From Pseudomonadota bacterium (lineage in GTDB: Bacteria > Pseudomonadota > Gammaproteobacteria > Burkholderiales > Burkholderiaceae_C): 41,139 nt of DNA. The stretch lies in contig JBDKEX010000074.1 of assembly GCA_039798985.1 (NCBI GenBank), positions 1-41,139 of the forward strand, given 5' to 3'. Positions 20,042 to 27,530 of the stretch are shown in pieces. Below the pieces are notes generated by a model, which did not search any database, was not told the DNA's origin, and saw nothing but the letters and a program-made list of their open reading frames with translations. Position 1 is the first letter of the stretch. The number at the start of each line of letters is the position of its first letter. The position numbers were made by a program, and so were the translations under genes.

Positions 20042-21052
20042 TCAGGCTCGGGGTGCCAGGCGCAGGGTGGCATTCTGCGCGTCAATGGTCACGGCAATGG
20101 GGTCGCACAAGGTACCAGCGAAGTCATCGGGGCCTTGCCAGTAGTCGAATGCCATGTACACCCAGCCATCGGCCGTTTGGGCCAACTTGCCGGCATAGCG
20201 CTGGCAAGGGTTGGTACCGTCCAGGAAGGGCCCGGACCCAAGTTGCCAGGGCCCCAGCGGGTGGTCTGCCACCAGGTAATGCGTGCCTGTAACGGGCGCA
20301 CCGTGCCCGGCTTGGGCGTAGGCCGCTGCTCGCGCCTGCGACCAATGTTCGCCAGCGTTGCAGAACAGGCAGTACCAGCGCCCTTCGATGAACAGCACCT
20401 GGGGCACTTCGAGCTGGCCAAAATCCTGGCCTGCGTACACCGGGGGCTGGAGCGTCCAGGTGTGCAGGTCGGGCGAGGTTGCCAAACCGATAACGCCCCG
20501 GCTGTTGAGTTCGTCGCCTGTGGCCGAACGCCCGGTGAAAAACATCAACCAGCCTTCTCCGTCGGGGTGGGGCATGACCCAGGGGTCACGCATGGCGCGG
20601 CCGTCCCACGGCCCGTCCAGATACTCTTCGTACAGCTGGCTGGTGGGGTCGCCCGGCTGCAGGTCAAGCACGGGGGTGTTGCCCACTCGCTGCCAGTCGT
20701 GGCCGTTGTTGCTGATGGCATGCCCAATGCGTTGCCGGCGCCCTTGGTTGGCATGGGTGTTGCCGGTGTAAAACAGGTGCCAGGTGCCGTTGTGTTTGAT
20801 CACCGACCCGGTCCAAACCGTCATGTCGTCCCAGGCCGGCTGCGGTGCCGGCATGAGCGATGTGCCCAGTACGGTCCAGTCCTTCAAGTTGGTGCTGGTG
20901 GCGTGGCCGAAGTTCACATTCCAGTGGCGCAAGGACTCATCGCCCAGCGCCTTAGGAGCTTTCAGGTACCACACGTGCCATTGGGGGTGCTCCAGAGTGC
21001 CGTCGTTGAACAGCCAAAAGTCCCACACCCATTCATTTTCCAGACGCAACAT
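20042..21052 (-). CDS. single-domain clan GH-J (GH68/GH32-like) five-bladed-propeller glycosidase, predicted cytoplasmic; putative fructosidase/fructosyl-transferase-like enzyme
   Basis: 336 aa, starting at MLRLENEWVWDFWLF. The motifs are VWDFW (cf. GH68 VWDSW nucleophile block), VWTGSV/HLFYTG, MRDPWV (RDP motif) and LEVPQV (candidate acid/base Glu). There is no signal peptide and no C-terminal GH32 beta-sandwich. The start is 2 nt after the permease stop; the tracked ORF's 72-aa extension overlaps the permease gene. Confidence 0.7.
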   Translation of the reverse strand: MLRLENEWVWDFWLFNDGTLEHPQWHVWYLKAPKALGDESLRHWNVNFGHATSTNLKDWTVLGTSLMPAPQPAWDDMTVWTGSVIKHNGTWHLFYTGNTHANQGRRQRIGHAISNNGHDWQRVGNTPVLDLQPGDPTSQLYEEYLDGPWDGRAMRDPWVMPHPDGEGWLMFFTGRSATGDELNSRGVIGLATSPDLHTWTLQPPVYAGQDFGQLEVPQVLFIEGRWYCLFCNAGEHWSQARAAAYAQAGHGAPVTGTHYLVADHPLGPWQLGSGPFLDGTNPCQRYAGKLAQTADGWVYMAFDYWQGPDDFAGTLCDPIAVTIDAQNATLRLAPRA

Positions 21053-21054
21053 AC

Positions 21055-21900
21055 TCAACCCTTGACCCCGCTGCCCATGGCCGACTGGATGAACCAGCGC
21101 TGGAACAGCAAGTAAACCAACAACACCGGGGCCGACATGACCACCGAGAAGGCCATCACGTCGCCCCAGATCGGGGGCGGTGTGCCAAAAAATTGTGCAA
21201 GCGCCAAGGACACCGGGCGCACATCGGCACCGCGGGTCACCATCAGCGGCCACAGAAAGCTGTTCCAATACTCCAGGCTCTGCAAAATGGCCACTGTGGC
21301 AATGGCCGGCAGCGATAAAGGCATGATGATTTGTGAATAAATCTTGAAGTGCGTGGCCCCGTCGAGGTAAGCGGCTTCGTCGTAGTCCTTCGGGATCTTG
21401 GCAAAGAACTGATAGAACAAAAAGATCGAGAACGGGTGCGCAATGAAGGGCACGATCTGGGCCTGGTAGGTGTCCACCCAGCCCACTTGATTCATCATCA
21501 GCAGCATCGGAACGGCGAGCGCTTCCACCGGAATGATGATCAGCGAAATAACGGCCATGACCACAAAATTGCGTCCCTTGAAGCTGATGCGCGCCAGGGC
21601 GTAAGCGGCCATCGAATTCACGAACACGCCAAAAAACACGATCGAAAAAACGATGATGGCCGAGTTGCCCAGGTAGCGCATCACCGGCGAGGTGGTGTCA
21701 CCCAGCACCTGGCGGAAGTTTTCCAGCGACATGTCGGCGGGGCTGACCCAGAAGGCCCGCCAGTTGCCAAAATCCACCAGAATTTGCTGTTCGTCGGCTT
21801 TGAGCGAGGTCGCCACCATCAGCATCAGCGGTGCCAGCACAAAGGCCAGCAAGGCCAAGGCCAGCACCATCAAAAACAGGCGTTCTGCACGGGTGCTCAT
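21055..21900 (-). CDS. sugar ABC transporter permease (MalG-like, CUT1)
   Basis: 281 aa, multi-TM, with EAA loop YDEAAYLDGATHFKIYSQIIMPLSLP. The ATGA overlap with the upstream permease gene lies at 21897-21900. Confidence 0.88.
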   Translation of the reverse strand: MSTRAERLFLMVLALALLAFVLAPLMLMVATSLKADEQQILVDFGNWRAFWVSPADMSLENFRQVLGDTTSPVMRYLGNSAIIVFSIVFFGVFVNSMAAYALARISFKGRNFVVMAVISLIIIPVEALAVPMLLMMNQVGWVDTYQAQIVPFIAHPFSIFLFYQFFAKIPKDYDEAAYLDGATHFKIYSQIIMPLSLPAIATVAILQSLEYWNSFLWPLMVTRGADVRPVSLALAQFFGTPPPIWGDVMAFSVVMSAPVLLVYLLFQRWFIQSAMGSGVKG

Positions 21901-22880
21901 TCGATGGCCCTTTCTTCTTTGACCAGCCGGCGCTGAACCAAGCTGATGGCCAGCACGATGAGGAAAAACACCACGGCGGCGGCGGCGGCAATACCGACCT
22001 TGCCTTGGCGAAAGCCGGTCAGGTAGATGAAGCGAACCAGGGTGTCAGTCACCCCCGAGGGGCCGCCTTTGGTCAGCAACTCCACCTGGGTGAACAGTTT
22101 GAACGCCAAGATGGTGGTGGTCATGACCACCAGGATGTGGGTGTTGAGCAGGCCTGGCATGGTCACATGCCAGAACTCGTACCAGCGATTGGCACCGTCC
22201 AGACGCGCGGCTTCATACAGCTCTTGGTTGATGCTTTGCAAGCCCGCCAGGTACACCACCATTTGGAACGGAAAGCCTTGCCAGGCTGACATCACCACCA
22301 GCGCCGGCATGGCCGTGACGGGGTTGCCCAGCCAGTCCACAGGGTTCACCAGCCCAAAGGTCAGTGAGGTGAGCAGGGTGTTGAAAAAACCACCCATTTG
22401 GAACAGTGAAAACCAGATCACCGACACCACCACCATGGAAATGACAGTGGGCAGGAAGTAAATGCCGCGAAACAACTGCCGCATGGGCAGCTTGGTGTTG
22501 ATCAGCAGGGCCACGGCCAGCCCCAAACCACATTGCAGGGGCACCACCAGCACCGTGAAGTAGGCGGTGTTGCGCAGTGTGGTCAGAAAAGTGTTGTCTT
22601 CAAAAATGCGCAGGTAGTTGCGCAGACCCACGCCTTCGGTAGGCAAATTGGGGTTGGGCACCAAGCGCTGGTCGGTGAACGAAAACCCCAGTGTCAGCAG
22701 AAACGGAACAATCAAAAACAGCAGAATACCGGCCAAAGCAGGGCTCATGAAGAGCCAGGGCCTCAGGCGGGTGCGCAAAGCATGTGACGACACGGGCTGG
22801 TCCTCGGTCTGTGAAAAAAAAGGGGCCGGGTCACCCCAGCCCCCGCTTTTATCAGGCATTTTGGGAGTCAACCGGGGCAA
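21897..22880 (-). CDS. sugar ABC transporter permease (MalF-like, CUT1)
   Basis: It has RLRPWLFMSPALAGILLFLIVPF at TM1 and the EAA loop LYEAARLDGANRWYEFWHVTMPGL. The start is either ATG 22880 or ATG 22859. Confidence 0.85.
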   Translation of the reverse strand: MPRLTPKMPDKSGGWGDPAPFFSQTEDQPVSSHALRTRLRPWLFMSPALAGILLFLIVPFLLTLGFSFTDQRLVPNPNLPTEGVGLRNYLRIFEDNTFLTTLRNTAYFTVLVVPLQCGLGLAVALLINTKLPMRQLFRGIYFLPTVISMVVVSVIWFSLFQMGGFFNTLLTSLTFGLVNPVDWLGNPVTAMPALVVMSAWQGFPFQMVVYLAGLQSINQELYEAARLDGANRWYEFWHVTMPGLLNTHILVVMTTTILAFKLFTQVELLTKGGPSGVTDTLVRFIYLTGFRQGKVGIAAAAAVVFFLIVLAISLVQRRLVKEERAIE

Positions 22881-22903
22881 TTCCCACCCCGGAAACCCTT
22901 GAT

Positions 22904-24184
22904 TTACTTGCCGAAAGGCTTGTAACCTTTGTTGTCGGCAATGTCTTGATCCACTTTCTTGGCAGCTGCATCCAGTGCCTTTTTCACATCGTTGCCTTCC
23001 AGGGCGGCGGCCACTGCTTCAGCAAATGCTGCGGTGATGGTGGGGTAGGCCGGGTGCGAAGGACGTGGCACGCTGACCTTGGCCAATTGGTCAATGTACA
23101 AGGACAGGGGGCCGCCTTTTTTGTACAGATCCACTTTGGGAGCGGCAGATTTCACGCCCGGCACACCGCCCATGGCTGTGGACAGTTCTGCCACGTTGTC
23201 GGTGCTCAGCATGAATTCAAGCAACTTGCCGGTGGCTTCTTTTTGTGAGCTCTTTGCGTTGATCGACCAGGCCCAGCCACCGTTACCGGTCACGGCCTTG
23301 GCACCGAATTTGGGCATGGGCAGCAGCACCAGGTCTTTGTCAAACGCTTTGCTGTGTGCGGGCCACATCCAGTGCCCCACGAACGACAATGCGGCTGTCT
23401 TCTTGCCGTAGAAGCTGTCATCACCTTCGCTGGCCGGGGCAACGTAACCCTTCTTCACAAAGCCTTGCAGCAGGTTGAGGGCCTTCACGGCGGCGTCGCC
23501 GTTCATGGTGCCTTCTGCCTTCCAGTTGGTCCGGTTGATCAGGTCACCGCCGAACGACTGCACCCAGGGGCTGAAGCCGTAGGTGTACCACTCGCCCTTG
23601 CCGTAGTTGGCTTTCACGTCCAGTGCGTATTTAATGCCCGGCTGCTTTTGCAGCTTGGCCAGGGCGTCTTCAAATTCGGCCAGGGTCCAGGCGTCATCCA
23701 CTCCTTTGGGAATGCGCACTTTGGCGGCGTCCAGCAGGGACTTGCGGCCCCAAATCGACAAGCCAGAGTCGCCTTGGCCCAGCATGTAAATCTTGCCATC
23801 AGGTGGGTAAGTGCCCTGTTTGATCAGCGAGGGCAGCATATCGTCAATCAGCTTTTTGGACACCAAGCCGTTCAGCGGCGTGATGTAGCCGGACCAAGCG
23901 TAGTTGGCGTAGTTGGGGCCGTCCAGGTCCAGCAGATCAGGCAGGTTGCCCGAGAGTGCAGCGGCTTGCACTTGCTCGTTGTAAGAGCCTTCCGGTTGCA
24001 GCTCCAATTTGGCTTGCATTGAGGGGTTGGCTTTGTTCCACTTGTCAATCAACTGGACCATGCGTTCACGTTCGCCATCGCCACGGCCACCGTGGTGCCA
24101 CACGCGCAAAACGTCTGCAGCCATCGAGGCCTGGGACAGCAGGGTCGCTGCAGCAATGGCCGCCAGCTTGGTTGAAAATTTCAT
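22904..24184 (-). CDS. periplasmic sugar-binding protein of an ABC transporter (family-1 SBP)
   Basis: Signal peptide MKFSTKLAAIAAATLLSQASMAAD. It is 426 aa and is the first gene of the SBP-permease-permease-GH-ATPase unit. Confidence 0.88.
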   Translation of the reverse strand: MKFSTKLAAIAAATLLSQASMAADVLRVWHHGGRGDGERERMVQLIDKWNKANPSMQAKLELQPEGSYNEQVQAAALSGNLPDLLDLDGPNYANYAWSGYITPLNGLVSKKLIDDMLPSLIKQGTYPPDGKIYMLGQGDSGLSIWGRKSLLDAAKVRIPKGVDDAWTLAEFEDALAKLQKQPGIKYALDVKANYGKGEWYTYGFSPWVQSFGGDLINRTNWKAEGTMNGDAAVKALNLLQGFVKKGYVAPASEGDDSFYGKKTAALSFVGHWMWPAHSKAFDKDLVLLPMPKFGAKAVTGNGGWAWSINAKSSQKEATGKLLEFMLSTDNVAELSTAMGGVPGVKSAAPKVDLYKKGGPLSLYIDQLAKVSVPRPSHPAYPTITAAFAEAVAAALEGNDVKKALDAAAKKVDQDIADNKGYKPFGK

Positions 24185-24232
24185 AATCAGGTCTCCGAGG
24201 TGAATGCGAAGCGATTTAAATCAGTTTAGATT

Positions 24233-24256
24233 GCTTAGTAAATCGTTTTACTAAGC
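24233..24256. promoter_or_regulatory. 24-bp CG-centred palindrome GCTTAGTAAATC|GTTTTACTAAGC, a candidate LacI-family operator
   Basis: 11 of 12 arm pairs are complementary (hand-checked) and the centre is CG, as in LacI/GalR-type operators. It sits 49-72 nt upstream of the SBP ATG and just downstream of the predicted -10. The outer half-arm CTAAGC is repeated once more at 24258-24263. Confidence 0.5.
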
Positions 24257-24263
24257 ACTAAGC

Positions 24264-24292
24264 ATTATTTGAAAACGGGCGCATGCCGTCAA
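24264..24292 (-). promoter_or_regulatory. sigma70-like promoter for the SBP-permease-GH-ATPase operon
   Basis: On the minus strand the sequence reads TTGACG (24292-24287), a 17-nt spacer, then AATAAT (24269-24264). Each hexamer matches its consensus at 5 of 6 positions. The palindromic operator begins about 8 nt after the -10. Confidence 0.4.
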
Positions 24293-24326
24293 CGGGGTTT
24301 CCCAGAAGTCTAGGGTAAACACTTAC

Positions 24327-24346
24327 AAAAAACCGCCCTGATGCGG
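24327..24346 (-). terminator. weak putative intrinsic terminator after the GGDEF-EAL gene
   Basis: The minus strand reads CCGC-ATCAGG-GCGG followed by TTTTTT, starting 12 nt after the stop codon. The stem is only 4 bp, so confidence is low. Confidence 0.3.
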
Positions 24347-24357
24347 CGCTGCAGACA

Positions 24358-26424
24358 TCAGCGCTGCGTCATCCAGGCTTCAAATGCAGCGGCCTCCATG
24401 GGGCGACCGAACAAATAGCCTTGGGCATAGTCGCAGCCCGAGGCGGTCAGCAAGTCCCGTTGCTCCATGGTTTCCACCCCTTCGGCCACCACTTTCATGC
24501 CCAGGTCGTGCGCCATGCCAATGATGGCTTTGCACAGCGCCAGGTTTTTGTGGTTGGGGGCCAGGTCTTTGACGAAGGCTTGATCGATCTTGAGGTAATC
24601 GATGTCGTGGCGTTGCAAGTAGGAAAGCGCTGAATAACCGGTGCCAAAATCGTCGAGTGCAATTTGAACGCCCGCGGCCCGCAAGGCATGCAACTGCTGC
24701 GTGACCTCCTCGCTCGATTCCAACAGCAGGCTCTCTGTGATTTCCACCGTGATGGCGTTGCCGGGCAGACCCAGACCGGCCAGGTGGTCCGGCCAGCGAA
24801 CCGCGTTGACCGTGCTTCGCGTGAATTGCATGGGCGACTTGTTGACCGAGACACACAAATGGGGGTGCAACTGTTGCCGCCAACTCAAAGTCTGAGCGGC
24901 AACGGAATAAAACACCCAGTCCCCCAGCTCCATGATCAAACCTGTGGTTTCGGCCACCGGTATGAATTCGGCCGGGTTGACCAGCCCGTATTGGGGGTGT
25001 TGCCAGCGCAGCAACGCTTCGGCCTTGTACACCTCGCCGGTGGCCAGGTCCACAATCGGCTGGTAGGCCAAATACAACTGATTGGCCTGGATGGCCTGCC
25101 GCAGGTCCATGCCCAACCGCATGCGCCGCAGCGCGCCGGCCTGCAAATCGGGTGTGAAAAACCGAAAACCGTTGCGCCCGTGGGTTTTGGCGTCGTACAT
25201 GGCCTGGTCGGCCTGCTTGAACAGCTCGTCGATCTCGCGGCCGTCGATGGGGCACATGGCAATGCCCACACTGGCTGACACAAACACCCGTTCGGTGCCC
25301 AGAACAAAAGGTGACTTGAGCGCATCAACAATTTTTTGCGCCACCTCACCCGCGTAAGACGGTTCAAACAAATGGGTCACGATGACCGCAAATTCGTCGC
25401 CCCCCAGGCGGGCCACCGTGTCGGACTCCCGCAGGGTGCCGGCAATGCGCCGCGATGCCTCTATGAGCAGTTCGTCGCCTTTGTCATGGCCCAAGGTGTC
25501 GTTGACCAGTTTGAAGTGGTCCAAATCGATCATCATGAGCGCGAGGCAGCTGCCGTTGCGCTGGCTGGCCCGGCTGGCTTGCAGCCAGCGGTCGCGCAGC
25601 ATGCGCCGGTTGGGCAGGCCGGTCAGGCTGTCAAAGTTGGCCTGTCGCCAAATCAGGGCTTCACTGCGTTTGTGCTCTGTGATGTCGTGCGAGATACCGA
25701 AGGTGCCTACCACCTTGCCTTGGGTGTCGCGCAAAGGCATTTTGGTCGACAAGTTCCAGGCTTCCCTCCCATCTGCCCACACCTCGTGGTGCAACTGGTT
25801 GTGCACTGGCACACAGGTGCGCATGATTTGGCGCTCTTCTGCAGCGGTTTGCGCGGCGTGCTCGGCCGAATAAAAGTCAGCGTCGGTTTTGCCTTTGGCC
25901 TGGGCCGGGTCTTCCAGCCCGTAGCGCTTGGCCAGGCTGGGGTTGATGCGTATGAATCGAGATTGCTCGTCCTTGAAGTAAATCTGGTCGGGCACGTTGT
26001 CCATGAGCGCATGCATCAACTCGCGCTCGTAGTTAACGGCTCGGTTGGCGAGGTGAATCTCTGTCACGTCTGACCAGTTCACCACAATGCCTTGTTTGAC
26101 GCCGTCCACCACGTGGTCGTACACACGGCGCTCCAGCCAGCGGCCGTCCACGGTTTCGAAGGTGCGGCACTCGGCTTGGTTGGTCGGGACCACCCGCAGG
26201 CTGAAAGCATCCCGAAAGTTGTCGGGGTTGGCCAGCTGCGGCACCAGCAGTTCAAGGCGCTGGGCCAGGTCAAGCTCCATCGAGTCGGAGGAGGGCAGCC
26301 GCCAGAGGTTCAAGTAATTCTGGTTCCACAGCCAAGCGCGGTTGTCCATGTCAATCACCGCGATCCCGTCGGGGCTCGATTCGATGACTGCGCGCATCCA
26401 ACTGGAACTTCTGTCTTCCCGCAC
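24358..26424 (-). CDS. cytoplasmic PAS-PAS-GGDEF-EAL c-di-GMP signalling protein (putative bifunctional diguanylate cyclase/phosphodiesterase)
   Basis: 688 aa with no TM segments. It has two PAS-like regions (SPDGIAVIDMDNRAWLWNQ; VPDQIYFKDEQSRFIRINP). An intact GGDEF (RLGGDEFAVIV) is preceded by an RxxD I-site (RESD) 5 residues upstream. The EAL domain has EALLRW, DDFGTGYSALSYL, KIDQAFV and EGVET. Confidence 0.92.
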   Translation of the reverse strand: MREDRSSSWMRAVIESSPDGIAVIDMDNRAWLWNQNYLNLWRLPSSDSMELDLAQRLELLVPQLANPDNFRDAFSLRVVPTNQAECRTFETVDGRWLERRVYDHVVDGVKQGIVVNWSDVTEIHLANRAVNYERELMHALMDNVPDQIYFKDEQSRFIRINPSLAKRYGLEDPAQAKGKTDADFYSAEHAAQTAAEERQIMRTCVPVHNQLHHEVWADGREAWNLSTKMPLRDTQGKVVGTFGISHDITEHKRSEALIWRQANFDSLTGLPNRRMLRDRWLQASRASQRNGSCLALMMIDLDHFKLVNDTLGHDKGDELLIEASRRIAGTLRESDTVARLGGDEFAVIVTHLFEPSYAGEVAQKIVDALKSPFVLGTERVFVSASVGIAMCPIDGREIDELFKQADQAMYDAKTHGRNGFRFFTPDLQAGALRRMRLGMDLRQAIQANQLYLAYQPIVDLATGEVYKAEALLRWQHPQYGLVNPAEFIPVAETTGLIMELGDWVFYSVAAQTLSWRQQLHPHLCVSVNKSPMQFTRSTVNAVRWPDHLAGLGLPGNAITVEITESLLLESSEEVTQQLHALRAAGVQIALDDFGTGYSALSYLQRHDIDYLKIDQAFVKDLAPNHKNLALCKAIIGMAHDLGMKVVAEGVETMEQRDLLTASGCDYAQGYLFGRPMEAAAFEAWMTQR

Positions 26425-26520
26425 TGGGCCTCCGCTGTATAGACCGGCCAGTTTAGACGAGACAGCCGCTTTTGGGCAGTGTGTATCCCCTGTTGGTAGC
26501 AGGGTATTGAGCGGTGGGGG

Positions 26521-27510
26521 TCAGGTGGCTTTGCGGTCCAGGGCTTTGGCAGCCCCAGCCAGGGCGGGGGATTGACTGGCGGTGATGACCCACACAGGCA
26601 CTTCAGCCAAGTAGGCCTGGAAGCGGCCCTTGGCTTCAAAACGGGCGCGGAACGAAGAATGCTCGAACCAGCTGCCCAGGCGCGGCACAATGCCGCCGCC
26701 TATGTACACGCCGCCTTTGGCGCCCATGGTCAATGCCAGATTGCCCGCCACCGAGCCCAAAAAGGCGCACATCATGTCCAAGGCTTCGAGGCTGCGCGCG
26801 TCGTTGCCCGACAGCGCCGCTTGGCACACCTCGGCTGCGGACCAGCCTTCGGGGGGCAGCACCTCGTCGGCCAGGCACAGCGCGCGGTGCACATCCACCA
26901 GGCCCATGCCACTGACCGCGCGCTCTGCCGAAGCATGGCCGTAGCGCTGAATCAAACAATCCACCACGTGGTGTTCACGCGGTGTGACCGGGGCCAGGCT
27001 GACGTGTCCGCCTTCGCCTTGCAGGGGCAGCCAGGCGCCCATGCCGTCGGCCACCAGACCCGAAACACCCAAACCCGTGCCCGGCCCGATCAAACCAATG
27101 GCGGCATTGGGCATGGCGTGCCCGCCTCCTACTTGGCGCTTTTCGTCGGGGCGCAAACCCGGCAGCGCCAAAGCCAAAGCGGTGAAGTCATTCAATACCT
27201 CCAGCCGCTGCAGCCCCAGCGACTGCTTGAGCGCGCTGATGGAAAAGGACCAATGGTGGTTGGTCATTTGCACCCGGTCGCCGTGCACCGGGTTGGCAAT
27301 CGCAATGGCGCATTCCACGGGGGTGGGGCGGTCAATGCGGCCCAAGTATTCGCGAATGGCGGCTTCAACAGTCACGTGCTGCGCACACGGCAAAGTGATT
27401 TGGTCTTCGATGGCACCATCGCGGCCGGCTTGCCATGCAAAACGCGCATTGGTACCGCCAATATCGGCCAACAAACGGGGAACAGGTGCGTAAGAAGCAG
27501 CGGTATTCAT
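26521..27510 (-). CDS. glk: glucokinase
   Basis: The start is moved to MNTAASYAPVPRLLADIGGTNARFAW (ATP motif DxGGTNxR, as in E. coli Glk). 329 aa, with the LNDFTALALALP block. The 107-aa extension in the tracked ORF overlaps the MATE gene and is Gly/Arg/Pro-rich. Confidence 0.9.
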   Translation of the reverse strand: MNTAASYAPVPRLLADIGGTNARFAWQAGRDGAIEDQITLPCAQHVTVEAAIREYLGRIDRPTPVECAIAIANPVHGDRVQMTNHHWSFSISALKQSLGLQRLEVLNDFTALALALPGLRPDEKRQVGGGHAMPNAAIGLIGPGTGLGVSGLVADGMGAWLPLQGEGGHVSLAPVTPREHHVVDCLIQRYGHASAERAVSGMGLVDVHRALCLADEVLPPEGWSAAEVCQAALSGNDARSLEALDMMCAFLGSVAGNLALTMGAKGGVYIGGGIVPRLGSWFEHSSFRARFEAKGRFQAYLAEVPVWVITASQSPALAGAAKALDRKAT

Positions 27511-27530
27511 GGTGTTTTCAACGATCAAGA

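Noticed and set aside
19247-21115. 622-aa ORF on the plus strand, the longest unexplained ORF in the track
   Set aside because: It lies entirely antisense to the ATPase and GH-J genes, which have clear motifs. Its translation is Gly/Ala/Val/His/Arg-rich low-complexity sequence with no recognisable domain. This is the typical stop-codon-poor antisense frame of a GC-rich genome.
26425-26520. Small inverted repeat CCCTG-TTGGTAG-CAGGG downstream of glk, a possible terminator
   Set aside because: The stem is only 5 bp and no U-tract follows on the minus strand. The region is more likely just the promoter region of the GGDEF-EAL gene, so it is not reported as a feature.
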